Assembly (NCBI GenBank): GCA_040755415.1
Contig: JBFMAZ010000022.1
Location: 64,650-128,649 of the forward strand
DNA length: 64,000 nucleotides
Direction: 5' to 3'
DNA from: Thermodesulfobacteriota bacterium
Lineage (GTDB): Bacteria; Desulfobacterota; QYQD01
The position numbers and the translations under genes were made by a program. Of the stretch, positions 17,405-26,870 are shown one piece after another (the first letter of the stretch is position 1; each line of letters begins with the position of its first letter). Below the pieces are notes generated by a model. It had not been told where the DNA came from. It was given only the letters and a program-made list of their open reading frames with translations, and did no database searches.

Positions 17405-19879
17405 ATGAAAAAGGCTCATGCCGCCCTGAAAGCTATCCGTGAATACCAGGCAAAACACGCTGCCGATGCCGCGTTGCTGACCAACCTCAGTGCCATCGAC
17501 AAGGGATTTGCATTGCTTCGCGATATTGAGGCAAAGCATATAAAGGCATGTGAAGAGCTTTCCGCGGCAGCCGGGAAAAAGGAGTCTGCCCTAGCCCTAT
17601 GCAAGAAAATACAAGCCGATCATGAAAAATCCCGCCAGGAATTTGAGAAAGGACAAAGTGAACTTAAGCGCCTGACTGATGAAATCACGGCCATCCTCAG
17701 GGGACGTGAAATCAGCCAGTGGCGTCATGATACGGATGCCCTTAAAGACCGCGAGCGTCTTTTGATTCAGACAGGCGAGACCATCGGACGGATTGACAAG
17801 ACATACACTGCGCTGGACAGCCTGAAATCGGGCATTGAAAAATTAAAAGCCGGTAATGTGAAGCTCTTAGATGAGATAAAATCCTGCGCCGATAAAAAAG
17901 CGCTTCTGGAAAAAGCTATCGTAACCCTGGAAGCGCAGGTATCTCTCCTCAGCCGTATCCGTGACCTTGAGGAAGAAAGGAAACGACTTGAAGACGGCAA
18001 CCCTTGCCCATTGTGCGGCGCTACGGAGCACCCCTATGCAAAGGGGAATGTCCCGGTCTTGAACGAGGCGGAGGCGGAGCTTCAAAAAACGAAGGATGAA
18101 TGCAAAAAGGCGTCTCGTCATCTGAACAAGCTGGAAGCCGACCGGGTTCGGACCGCAACTGAAATCCAGCATGCTGAAAAAGAGATGGCAGAAAAGAATG
18201 CGACGCTGGACGCCGACGAAAAACAATGCGCCGGCGCCCTGTTGAGTCTGAAAATAGAGGTTTCACGGTCGGATCGCGCCGGGAAGATTCGCGAAGAAAT
18301 TGCCGACGTACAGGCGAAAATTGCCGAGACAAAGGGTATCGTTGCCCTGGTCGAAGAAAAGGGCCGACAGGAAAAATCGGCGCAGACGGTCCTGGAAAAA
18401 ACAAGAAAGACCCTTGACAACGTAGGAAAGGCATTACAGGAGGCCAGACACAACCTGGAGACGGCCGGTCGTGATCATGAGCGGCTGATCAAAGATTGCG
18501 CCGCTCTGGAGGAGGAGACTGAGAAGGTCCGTGCTGCCGCCCTTGCGGATGTCGTACCATTCGGGATCAGCCGGATTTCCTTAGACAGTCTCGACGCACT
18601 ATTGAAAGACCTCACCGGGCGTAAAGATACCTGGCAGGCAAAGGAGGATGAAAAAACCGCTCAGGAGAAAAAGATCGATGAACTGAAAGCCGATATCGAG
18701 AAATACAATGCCCTGCTGGATAACCTCGATGCAGATCTGGCGGCAAGACGCAAAGACCGTGACGATCTGAAGATAAAATGTGAATCCCTGCACGCTTCAC
18801 GCCGGGAACTTTTCGGAGAGAAGAACACTGACCAGGAGGAAAAACGGCTGGCGGACGCCGTGGATAAGGCGGGTAAGGTTTTTGAAAAAGCACGCGAAGA
18901 ATATGGGCAAATTGAAAAAGAGATCAGCGCCCTGAAAGAGAAAATAGATTTATTGAAAGTAAAAATAGGAAATCGGGCAAAAGAACTGGCGCAGGCTGAA
19001 CCGAAACTGATGGAGCGGATCAAAACGGCAGGATTTGAAGACGAGGCAGACTACCTGTCATCACGCCTGAGTGAAGAAGAACGGGAAATCCTCGCTGACA
19101 AAGAGAAACGCCTGATCAAGGAAAAAACGGAACTTGACACCCGCCGGAAGGACAGGTCGGAGGCGCTTGCATCAGAACGCGAAAAGCGTCTGACCGATCA
19201 GCCCATGGAGACGCTTAAAGAAAGTATAAGCGCCTGTGAATCCGACCTGAAACAGATTATGGTTGATATTGGAGGAATCAGGAAAACCTTGGATGAGAAT
19301 GAAAAACAAAGGGATAAGCAGAAAGAGCGCATAAAAAACATTGACGCCCAGAAAAAGGAATGCGCACGCTGGGATGACCTGCATCAACTCATCGGCTCAG
19401 CCGACGGAAAGAAATTCCGGAACTTTGCACAGGGTTTGACATTCGAGATGATGACAGCGCATGCCAACCGCCAGCTCAGGAAGATGTCGGATCGCTATCT
19501 GCTCATACGCGACTCATCACAACCGCTGGAGCTGAATGTCATCGACAATTACCAGGCGGGCGAGATCCGTTCCACGAAAAATCTCTCCGGCGGCGAAAGC
19601 TTTATTGTGAGCCTTGCCCTGGCGCTCGGCCTGTCTCATATGGCAAGCCGGAATGTACGGGTTGACTCGCTCTTTCTCGATGAGGGATTCGGTACCCTCG
19701 ACGATGACGCCCTTGAAACAGCCATAGAGACTCTTGTGGGACTGCAACAGGACGGCAAGTTAATCGGCGTTATATCGCATGTCCCGGCGCTTAAGGAGCG
19801 CATCAACACACAGATACAGGTGATCCCGGAGACAGGCGGTCGCAGCAACCTGAGCGGCCCCGGTTGCCGGAGGATTTGA
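17405..19879 (+). CDS. sbcC: Nuclease SbcCD subunit C, coiled-coil and C-terminal ATPase segment
   Basis: A long coiled coil with the zinc-hook CPLCG. The ABC signature is LSGGESFIVSLALALGL. Walker B/D-loop is LFLDEGFGTLD. The same frame stays open and SbcC-like upstream to about 17087 (…AQDNETKELNGAIAILPEKDKACADAHTVRQAAEARLNEARTRQ…). Confidence 0.8.
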   Translation: MKKAHAALKAIREYQAKHAADAALLTNLSAIDKGFALLRDIEAKHIKACEELSAAAGKKESALALCKKIQADHEKSRQEFEKGQSELKRLTDEITAILRGREISQWRHDTDALKDRERLLIQTGETIGRIDKTYTALDSLKSGIEKLKAGNVKLLDEIKSCADKKALLEKAIVTLEAQVSLLSRIRDLEEERKRLEDGNPCPLCGATEHPYAKGNVPVLNEAEAELQKTKDECKKASRHLNKLEADRVRTATEIQHAEKEMAEKNATLDADEKQCAGALLSLKIEVSRSDRAGKIREEIADVQAKIAETKGIVALVEEKGRQEKSAQTVLEKTRKTLDNVGKALQEARHNLETAGRDHERLIKDCAALEEETEKVRAAALADVVPFGISRISLDSLDALLKDLTGRKDTWQAKEDEKTAQEKKIDELKADIEKYNALLDNLDADLAARRKDRDDLKIKCESLHASRRELFGEKNTDQEEKRLADAVDKAGKVFEKAREEYGQIEKEISALKEKIDLLKVKIGNRAKELAQAEPKLMERIKTAGFEDEADYLSSRLSEEEREILADKEKRLIKEKTELDTRRKDRSEALASEREKRLTDQPMETLKESISACESDLKQIMVDIGGIRKTLDENEKQRDKQKERIKNIDAQKKECARWDDLHQLIGSADGKKFRNFAQGLTFEMMTAHANRQLRKMSDRYLLIRDSSQPLELNVIDNYQAGEIRSTKNLSGGESFIVSLALALGLSHMASRNVRVDSLFLDEGFGTLDDDALETAIETLVGLQQDGKLIGVISHVPALKERINTQIQVIPETGGRSNLSGPGCRRI

Positions 19880-20057
19880 GCGGACTCCCATAGAAAAAGG
19901 GAACATCCTACGGTGGATCGAGGTACATATCTAGGGAAGTCATGGACCCGGCGGGCCTTTTGTTTTGACTTGCCTCGATCGTTTTGTTACAATTTAGCGG
20001 ATAGAGGAGCTTGCTTGCGCCTAATACCAAGTTGTAATCAAAAATATACCCATAAAA

Positions 20058-20135
20058 TCTCCCCTCACCCCTCTTTTCCAAAGAGAGGGATATAATCTCC
20101 CCCTTTGAAAAAGGGGGATCAAGGGGGATTTGAAT
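20058..20135. repeat. G5/C5 hairpin block of the composite repeat family
   Basis: Reads tcccctcacccctcttttccaaagagaggga...tccccctttgaaaaagggggatcaagggggattt. It belongs to the same hairpin family as 4350-4435, 7305-7395, 32885-32995 and 38335-38475. Confidence 0.7.
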
Positions 20136-20192
20136 GGAACTTGATATAAGGGACCTACGCTGAATAATAACAAAGGCAACGCGGAGAAATAA

Positions 20193-21206
20193 TTGCCAGA
20201 GCTAAGACAAAACCCGGCCACCCGCTTCTGGGTGGTTATAGCCAAGGAACGTTCAAGGCGTCCGCATGATTTCATACAGGACAAACCATCTATGTCGGAA
20301 GAGCCTTATATCGCTGAATGCCCGTTTTGTGGAGGCAATGAACATCTCACCCCGCCGGAGACCCTGGCCTACCGCAGGGGAGGCCAGGCCAATGGCCCGG
20401 GGTGGTGGGTACGGGCGGTTCCCAATAAATTCGCCGCCTTTGTCTCTGAAGGAGACTTAGAGCGACAGTATGAAGGGGCCAACTTCTTTAATCGCATGGA
20501 TGCCGTAGGCCACCATGAGGTCATTATCGAGTCCAGTAGGCACAATGAGCACATATTCTTCATGGATGACTGGCACGTGCAAGAGGTTATTTTGGCGTAC
20601 CTGGAACGTTATCAGATACTGCACATCGACCCCCGCTGCAAATTTATTATCATCTTTAAAAATCATGGCCTTTCCGCCGGGACCTCCCTTGAACATCCAC
20701 ACTCTCAGTTAGTGGCCACACCCATTGTGCCCGCGGATATCCGCATCCGGTTCGACCGCGCGGCATATTATTATGATGACACCGGCAAGTGTGTATATTG
20801 CGATATAATCCGCGAAGAAAAACGGAGCGGTGAACGGGTGGTATTGGAGACCGATAAATTCATCGCTATCCATCCTTTTGCCTCCCAGGTGCCCTTCGAG
20901 ACCTGGATTATGCCCAAGGAACACAGCGCCTCATTTGGCCTTATCACTATGGAGGATGCCAAGGCCTTTGCCGTTATACTCAAGACAGTTCTTAAAAAAC
21001 AATACATCGGCTTGCATGACCCGGATTTCAACTACATAATACATACCGCACCGGTAAAAGACGAGCACGAGGATTACTTTCACTGGCACCTGCAGATCCG
21101 GCCCCGCCTGACCACCGCAGCCGGTTTTGAGATGGGAACCGGCATATACATTAATACCGCCATGCCGGAAGAAACCGCCCAATTCATCCGCAATATACAG
21201 GTCTGA
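20193..21206 (+). CDS. Galactose-1-phosphate uridylyltransferase-type HIT-family nucleotidyltransferase (GalT / ADP-glucose phosphorylase-like)
   Basis: 337 aa. A zinc knuckle CPFCGGNEH is present. The active-site motif is HPHSQ (HxHxQ). The GalT-type tandem half-barrel organisation is present. Confidence 0.8.
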   Translation: MPELRQNPATRFWVVIAKERSRRPHDFIQDKPSMSEEPYIAECPFCGGNEHLTPPETLAYRRGGQANGPGWWVRAVPNKFAAFVSEGDLERQYEGANFFNRMDAVGHHEVIIESSRHNEHIFFMDDWHVQEVILAYLERYQILHIDPRCKFIIIFKNHGLSAGTSLEHPHSQLVATPIVPADIRIRFDRAAYYYDDTGKCVYCDIIREEKRSGERVVLETDKFIAIHPFASQVPFETWIMPKEHSASFGLITMEDAKAFAVILKTVLKKQYIGLHDPDFNYIIHTAPVKDEHEDYFHWHLQIRPRLTTAAGFEMGTGIYINTAMPEETAQFIRNIQV

Positions 21207-21210
21207 AGCC

Positions 21211-22224
21211 ATGCCCTCATTAAAAATTAAAGCCATCCACTCAAAAAACAGAAATCCTTCTGTAGAACGGCTAAAAAATCTCCTGAAAATTTTTAACAAG
21301 ACTGACCGCGTACTCATCGTTATTAGTGCCGATCCGGACTCCATAGCCAGCGCTCTGGCCATGAAAAGGCTTTTGTGGAGACGTGTACAGGGTGTTACCA
21401 TAGCCCACAACAACGAAATTAAACGCCTTGACAACCTGGCTATGGCAAGGCTCCTCAATGTCCCTTTGCAACGCCTGCAGACGCTGGCCCCCGAGACCTT
21501 TACCCGCAAGGTAATGCTTGATTCACAGCCTTACCACAATCCGGACTTCGCCCATATTGACTATGACGTGGTGATCGACCACCACCCTCCTGTTGAACTG
21601 GTCAAGGCCTCCTGGATTGATATAAGGCCAGAATATGGGGCTACGGCCTCCATCATCTTTGAATATCTGCGTGCCGCACGCATCAAGCCCTCGGTACGCA
21701 TAGCCACGGCCCTTTTCCATGCTATAAAGGTGGATACCGAAAACTTTACCAAACGGGCCACGGGTCAGGACATTGCGGCCTTTACCCGTCTCTTTGACCA
21801 GGTAAACCAGGCGGTTATCCGAAAGATCGAATCTTCCGATATCAAACTGAGCGACCTGGCCTATTTCGAGCTGGCTTTAGATAAGATGCGCTATTCCCGA
21901 AAACGTATTTATTGCCATGTAGGAAAAATAGAGAACCCGGATATCCTGGTGCTTTTGGCCAATTTTTTTATGCGTGTCTATGAAATCAGTTGGAGCATTG
22001 TCTCGGGTTTCTGCGAAGACAGGTTTATAGTAATCTTTCGTTCTGACGGATACCGGAAAAATGCGGGCAAATTGGCCATGCAGGTCTTTGGTGCTATGGG
22101 CTCGGCCGGTGGACATCGCCAGAGCGCCCGGGCCGAAATCCCAAGGACTAACATGCCGCACTCCGGCCGGGAATTTTCCTCCCGGAGTTTAGAGAGATTA
22201 ATCGTCCGGCACTTAAAGACCTGA
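21211..22224 (+). CDS. DHH/DHHA1 family phosphoesterase (NrnA-like oligoribonuclease/pAp phosphatase)
   Basis: The DHH motif is VVIDHHP. The DHHA1 motif is GSAGGH. The start ATG at 21211 lies 5 bp after the stop of the upstream gene. Confidence 0.75.
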   Translation: MPSLKIKAIHSKNRNPSVERLKNLLKIFNKTDRVLIVISADPDSIASALAMKRLLWRRVQGVTIAHNNEIKRLDNLAMARLLNVPLQRLQTLAPETFTRKVMLDSQPYHNPDFAHIDYDVVIDHHPPVELVKASWIDIRPEYGATASIIFEYLRAARIKPSVRIATALFHAIKVDTENFTKRATGQDIAAFTRLFDQVNQAVIRKIESSDIKLSDLAYFELALDKMRYSRKRIYCHVGKIENPDILVLLANFFMRVYEISWSIVSGFCEDRFIVIFRSDGYRKNAGKLAMQVFGAMGSAGGHRQSARAEIPRTNMPHSGREFSSRSLERLIVRHLKT

Positions 22225-22233
22225 AAGGAGGTT

Positions 22234-23478
22234 ATGCCGATTAAGGTATTAGGCATCATACTGGCCGGGGGCTTAGGCAGGAGGCTTTCCCCTCTCACCC
22301 AGCAACGCGCCAAACCCAGCGTTCCTTTTGGTGGAAAATATAGAATTATTGACTTTGTGCTCAGTAATTTCATTAATTCTGAAATCTACTCCATCTATGT
22401 GCTGATGCAATTTAAATGTCAGTCACTCATGGAGCACTTACGGGACGGATGGACGATAGGGAGCACCATCCGCGACTTTTTCATTATGCCGGTACCGGCC
22501 CAAATGCGCACCGGTGAAGACTGGTACCGCGGGACAGCGGATGCGGTATATCAGAATCTGCACCTCATTGAAAGAACTTATCCTGAGGTGGTGGCCATAT
22601 TCAATGCCGACCATATTTACCGCATGGATATCAGACGAATGCTGCAATACCACCGGGAAAAAGAGGCAGAGGTGACGGTTGCCGCCATACCCTTACCTAT
22701 AGAGAAAAGCCACCCTTTCGGAGTCATACAGGTTGACGATAACTGGCGGATCATCGGCTACGAGGAAAAACCGGAAAACCCGCATCCCATTCCCGGAAGT
22801 CCTGATATGGCCCTGGTTTCCATGGGTAATTACCTGTTTAATACTACAGTACTTAGCGAAACATTGAAAAAAGACGTTGAATCAAGCGGAAAATATGACC
22901 TGGCGGGTGAGGTTATCCCTATTCTATTTCAGAAAAGGCGGGTCTTTGCCTATGATTTTCGAATGAATAGAATTCCCGGGGCCCTTAAGAATGGAGAAAA
23001 TAGTTATTGGCGGGATATAGGGACCATTAAGGCCTACTACGAGGCCAACATGGATCTTACAACGCCTGTACCGTCCTTTAATCTTTATAACTGGCAATGG
23101 CCGCTTAGAACCGCTACCTATGCCACGCCGCCGGCAAAGCTTATCTACGACCAGTATGGCCGGGAGGCCGTAGCCAGAGATTCCCTAATTGCCGGCGGAA
23201 CCATCATAAGCGGCGGCGAGGTAAAAAATTCGGTTGTGGGGAGACATGTTTTTGTAGGCAGCCGTTGTCTAATTGAAGATTCCATCATATTCGATCACGT
23301 TACCCTGATGGAGGATGTAAGGATAAAAAGGGCGATCATCGATAAGAATGTTACTCTGCCTCCGGGTACGCGTATAGGTTATGATATGGAACAAGATCGC
23401 CGGCATTACTTTGTCGATCCCTCCGGCATTGTGGTGGTGCCGAAGGCTGAGATACAAAAATGTTTGATACATAGTTGA
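22234..23478 (+). CDS. glgC: Glucose-1-phosphate adenylyltransferase (canonical paralogue 1 of 3)
   Basis: 414 aa. The N-terminus is LGIILAGGLGRRLSPLT...KPSVPFGGKYRIIDFVLSN (G-rich loop intact). The PRWYRGTADA-like motif is DWYRGTADAV. A C-terminal left-handed beta-helix is present. Confidence 0.88.
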   Translation: MPIKVLGIILAGGLGRRLSPLTQQRAKPSVPFGGKYRIIDFVLSNFINSEIYSIYVLMQFKCQSLMEHLRDGWTIGSTIRDFFIMPVPAQMRTGEDWYRGTADAVYQNLHLIERTYPEVVAIFNADHIYRMDIRRMLQYHREKEAEVTVAAIPLPIEKSHPFGVIQVDDNWRIIGYEEKPENPHPIPGSPDMALVSMGNYLFNTTVLSETLKKDVESSGKYDLAGEVIPILFQKRRVFAYDFRMNRIPGALKNGENSYWRDIGTIKAYYEANMDLTTPVPSFNLYNWQWPLRTATYATPPAKLIYDQYGREAVARDSLIAGGTIISGGEVKNSVVGRHVFVGSRCLIEDSIIFDHVTLMEDVRIKRAIIDKNVTLPPGTRIGYDMEQDRRHYFVDPSGIVVVPKAEIQKCLIHS

Positions 23479-23496
23479 GGAGAGAGTAAGGAGTTT

Positions 23497-24750
23497 TTGA
23501 TGCAAAAGATTCTGGCTATGATTCTGGCCGGAGGCCGTGTAGATGAACTGAGTGTGCTCACCTTCTACAGGCCTAAATCAGCCGTCCCCTTCGGCGGTCT
23601 ATATCGTGTTATCGACTGTCCCTTGAGCAATCTCCGGTATTCAAACATCGAGAACGTGGGCATCCTTTCCCAGTACCGGTCTTACTCCCTGATAAACCAC
23701 ATCGGCCAGGGGGCCTCCTGGGATATGGTGGGCAGGCATCGCGGGGTCACCATGCTCCCCCCCTTTCAAGGGCATAAGGCCTCTGACTGGTACAAGGGAA
23801 CGGCAGACGCCGTATTCCAGAATCTGGATTTTATCAACTACCATAAGCCGGAGCTGGTTATGGTCCTGTCCGGCGACCATATCTACAGGATGGACTACCA
23901 GCCTATGCTCGCCTATCACCTCAAAAAAAAGGCCGATCTTACGGCAGCCTTCGTAGCGGTAGAAACCAGAGAGGCCCCGCGTTTCGGCCTGGCCAGGATA
24001 GCAGATGAGGACAAGGCAGGCGGGAAAATTTTGTTATACCAGGAAAAACCGGCCAAACCGGCCTCAAATTGGGCCTCTATGACCATTTATTTATTCCGGC
24101 CCGAGGTTCTGAGAGAAGTGCTGCAGGAAAACGCCAAAAGTGATTCACATGAGTTTGGCCGGGATATCATACCCGCTATGCTTGGGCGCTACAAGGTATA
24201 CGGATATAAACATACAGGATACTGGGGCTATAGCCGTAAGCTTGAGGAATACTGGCAGGCTAATATGGACACGCTGGGCCGAAGGCCGAAGATCGTCCTC
24301 AGGGAATGGATGCTCAGGACCAATCTGGACCATCAGGCTATTCGCGACCGTCAACCCGCCGTCATCGGCAAAACGGCGCGTATTAATAATACCAGCTTTT
24401 ACCACGGCTGCCGCATCGAAGGGCAGGTGGAAAATAGCGTACTTTTTCCGGGCGTCAGGATAGCAAACGGGGCTATTGTAAAAGACTCTGTATTATTTTT
24501 TGATACTACCGTGGAAGAAGGGGCCTTCCTGGAAAAGGTCATATCCGATGTTGATGTCGTGATCGGCGCGCATACGGTCATGGGCAAAAGAAACGGGGCG
24601 GTCGCGCCTCAGGGCGGGATCACGGTCATCGGCCGCTCTACCCAGATACCGGCCGGTCTAACCATCGGACCAGGGTGCACTATCTATCCAGACCTCAGGC
24701 CTGAGCAGTTCACAAAGAAAAAAATCCCATCCGGCGAGGCCGTACAATGA
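23497..24750 (+). CDS. GlgC-family paralogue 2 with a degenerate glycine-rich loop (GlgD-like, possibly regulatory)
   Basis: 417 aa. The N-terminus is ILAMILAGGRVDELSVLT...KSAVPFGGLYRVIDCPLSN, where GGxGxRL is replaced by GGRVDEL as in GlgD. Other features include DWYKGTADAV and an LbH C-terminus. Confidence 0.8.
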   Translation: MMQKILAMILAGGRVDELSVLTFYRPKSAVPFGGLYRVIDCPLSNLRYSNIENVGILSQYRSYSLINHIGQGASWDMVGRHRGVTMLPPFQGHKASDWYKGTADAVFQNLDFINYHKPELVMVLSGDHIYRMDYQPMLAYHLKKKADLTAAFVAVETREAPRFGLARIADEDKAGGKILLYQEKPAKPASNWASMTIYLFRPEVLREVLQENAKSDSHEFGRDIIPAMLGRYKVYGYKHTGYWGYSRKLEEYWQANMDTLGRRPKIVLREWMLRTNLDHQAIRDRQPAVIGKTARINNTSFYHGCRIEGQVENSVLFPGVRIANGAIVKDSVLFFDTTVEEGAFLEKVISDVDVVIGAHTVMGKRNGAVAPQGGITVIGRSTQIPAGLTIGPGCTIYPDLRPEQFTKKKIPSGEAVQ

Positions 24751-26012
24751 ATGAGACACTCGTTATGCTGCTGGCCGGCGGCGTAGGAAGCCGCCTCAAT
24801 ATTATGGTAGAGGCCCGTGCCAAGCCTGCGGTACCATTCGGCGGAATTTACCGCATCATAGACTTTACGCTCAGTAATGTGATGAATTCCGGCATTAATA
24901 ACGTGGCCGTTCTCACCCAGTATAAGCCCCTGTCCCTTATGGAGCACATCGGCACCGGCACTCCGTGGGACTTTATCGGCCGCGGCCGCGGGGCCAAGAT
25001 ACTCCCGCCGCGCACCGGCCAGAAAGATTCTGACTGGTATAAAGGTACGGCCGATGCCATGCGCCAGAATATAGATTATATCAGTTCTCATCCCTCGCGG
25101 GAGGTCCTGGTCCTCTCCGGCGACCATATCTACTACATGGATTATCGTCCTATGCTCCAGTTTCACCGCAGGAAGAGGGCGGATATGACCATTGCCATGA
25201 TGACCGTTCCTATGGACCAGATAAAACACTTTGGCACAGCCATCACGGACCAGAAGGGGCGCATAATGGAATGGGAAGAAAAGCCGGAGGTTCCTAGAAC
25301 CAACCTGGCCTCTATGGGTATCTATGTCTTCAAGACCTCCTATCTTCTCTCCATATTGCAAAAAACAGGGGAACATGACTTTGGTAAACATATTATACCC
25401 ATGGCCATCAAAAAAGACTCGGTCTATGCCTATCCCTTTCAGGGATACTGGCGCGACGTGGGCACACTCGATGCCTATTGGAGGGCGAATATGGATCTGC
25501 TCGATCCATCAAGCGGGCTTACCCCCGAGACCTGGGGAGTCAGGCCAAACCTGGAAGAGGCCGGTTTAATGTCCGACTGGCCGCCGGCCAGGATCTTGCC
25601 CGGGGCAAAGGTCTCCAATTCGGTTATATCTGCCGGCTGCGTTATTGAAGGGACGGTCGAACACTCTGTCCTGTCACCGGGTGTCTATGTGGCAAAAGGG
25701 GCCAGAGTAACAGACTCGGTGATTATGCACGAATGCCAGATTATGACTGGCAGCCGTATAACCATGGCTATCTTGGATAAGAAAGTAGAGGCCGGGAAAG
25801 GTGTTATCATCGGCTCCGGCCCCAAAGACACACCCAATCAGGAGTTTCCCGAACAACTGTTTACCGGGCTGACCATTATCGGCAAAAAAACTGTCTTACC
25901 ACCAGGTGTATGCATAGGACCGAATAGTATTGTCTACCCGGGCTGCGGCGAGGCCAATTTCGGCCAGAAAGAGGTTTTGCCCGGATCAGTGATCCGGGCG
26001 CTTACGCCATAG
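24747..26012 (+). CDS. GlgC-family paralogue 3 (glucose-1-phosphate adenylyltransferase-like)
   Basis: 421 aa. The N-terminus is LVMLLAGGVGSRLNIMV...KPAVPFGGIYRIIDFTLSN with an intact G-loop. Other features include DWYKGTADAM and an LbH C-terminus. Its start overlaps the stop of paralogue 2. Confidence 0.82.
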   Translation: MNETLVMLLAGGVGSRLNIMVEARAKPAVPFGGIYRIIDFTLSNVMNSGINNVAVLTQYKPLSLMEHIGTGTPWDFIGRGRGAKILPPRTGQKDSDWYKGTADAMRQNIDYISSHPSREVLVLSGDHIYYMDYRPMLQFHRRKRADMTIAMMTVPMDQIKHFGTAITDQKGRIMEWEEKPEVPRTNLASMGIYVFKTSYLLSILQKTGEHDFGKHIIPMAIKKDSVYAYPFQGYWRDVGTLDAYWRANMDLLDPSSGLTPETWGVRPNLEEAGLMSDWPPARILPGAKVSNSVISAGCVIEGTVEHSVLSPGVYVAKGARVTDSVIMHECQIMTGSRITMAILDKKVEAGKGVIIGSGPKDTPNQEFPEQLFTGLTIIGKKTVLPPGVCIGPNSIVYPGCGEANFGQKEVLPGSVIRALTP

Positions 26013-26492
26013 GACCCCGCCGTTTTCCCCCTGGCATTTCTCGATCATACCCGCCGTCTCCAGCTCTCCCAGGAGGTACGTCAATTTTTCTCCGGCACAA
26101 TTTATCTTTTCCCGCAGTTCGTCCTGATCAAGAAAATTCTCTGCATCAAGGTGGGACAGGACTGATGCCGAAAGTTCCTTACATTCCTGCGCGAGGGCGT
26201 AAAGATCGGCAAGGGTTTTTATTTGGTTAGCGACGAAACGGTCCGTCAAGTGACCGCCGTAGCCGCCCCGCCTCCCCAGGTCGCGCAGCCGCATCCAGGT
26301 ATTCAGGGCCTGGAGCATATCTTTCTCAGCCTGATCATAGATGGCCTGGCGCAGATAGCTCATGGCCTCTATATGATGGTTGGTCGCCTCCTTCTCCAGT
26401 GCGGATAATTCCGCCGATGGGGCCTTCGCCGCCGTGTTGTGTTCGGAAGCAGGCCTAACCATCTTTAACAGAAAACTAAACATCCCCCACAT
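25986..26492 (-). CDS. Hypothetical protein of about 125-168 aa, start uncertain
   Basis: This long ORF runs convergent with the glgC array. The only competing reading is a 61-aa plus-strand ORF. No family was recognised. Candidate starts are MWGMF, MVRPAS and MSYLRQ. An AT-rich promoter-like region lies upstream at 26493-26560. Confidence 0.4.
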   Translation of the reverse strand: MWGMFSFLLKMVRPASEHNTAAKAPSAELSALEKEATNHHIEAMSYLRQAIYDQAEKDMLQALNTWMRLRDLGRRGGYGGHLTDRFVANQIKTLADLYALAQECKELSASVLSHLDAENFLDQDELREKINCAGEKLTYLLGELETAGMIEKCQGENGGVLWRKRPDH

Positions 26493-26529
26493 AATATTTA
26501 TAAATAACCTTAAATTGTGCCGGGGGTCA

Positions 26530-26835
26530 ATATATTATTACCTTGATCCACCATCAAACTATTGACAGAGAGCAATGGGTAATACCCGATTACAAGGCAG
26601 CCGGGTTCAAATCCAAATATCGAATATCGAAATCCGAAACAAATTCAAATATCCAAATTCCCAATGTTTCAAACGACAGCAGCGCTGATTATTTCGGATT
26701 TGAATTTTGGTGATTCGATATTGTTTCGAGATTCGTGCTTCGGATTTCGGATTTGAAATAACGCTGCACTGCAACTATGGTGTGTTTATGGTCAGGAGCT
26801 AACTCGTACGAAAATAGGCGGTGGATTTGGGATTA
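26530..26835. repeat. Composite modular intergenic repeat, copy 3 (inverted orientation, arms abutting, no G/C core)
   Basis: Its reverse complement matches 4170-4640 over the flank (ccaaatccaccgcctat.ttcgtacgagttagctc.tgacc.taaacacac) and the outer segment (ggatttgaacccggctgcc.tgtaatcgg...tcaagg). Its arms are ttcaaatccaaatatcgaatatcgaaatccgaaacaaattc and gaatttgaattttggtgattcgatattgtttcgagattcgtgcttcggatttcggatttgaa. Confidence 0.85.
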
Positions 26836-26870
26836 CGATTTTTCTTGTAAATCCCGGCCGGGGTTGCTAT

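Larger units (their letters stand above)
16206..19879 (+). pseudogene. sbcC: sbcC interrupted by an apparent single frameshift near 17.09-17.2 kb (or a sequencing error)
   Basis: The N-terminal head is in frame 0 and the rest in a different frame. The downstream frame is open back to a TGA at about 17085. One continuous protein of about 1220 aa would be restored by a single indel. Confidence 0.55.

Noticed and set aside
22234-26012. Possibility that the three glgC-like ORFs are an assembly duplication artefact.
   Set aside because: The three proteins are clearly diverged from one another at both the protein and the nucleotide level (different N-terminal loops, different lengths). They are not near-identical tandem copies.
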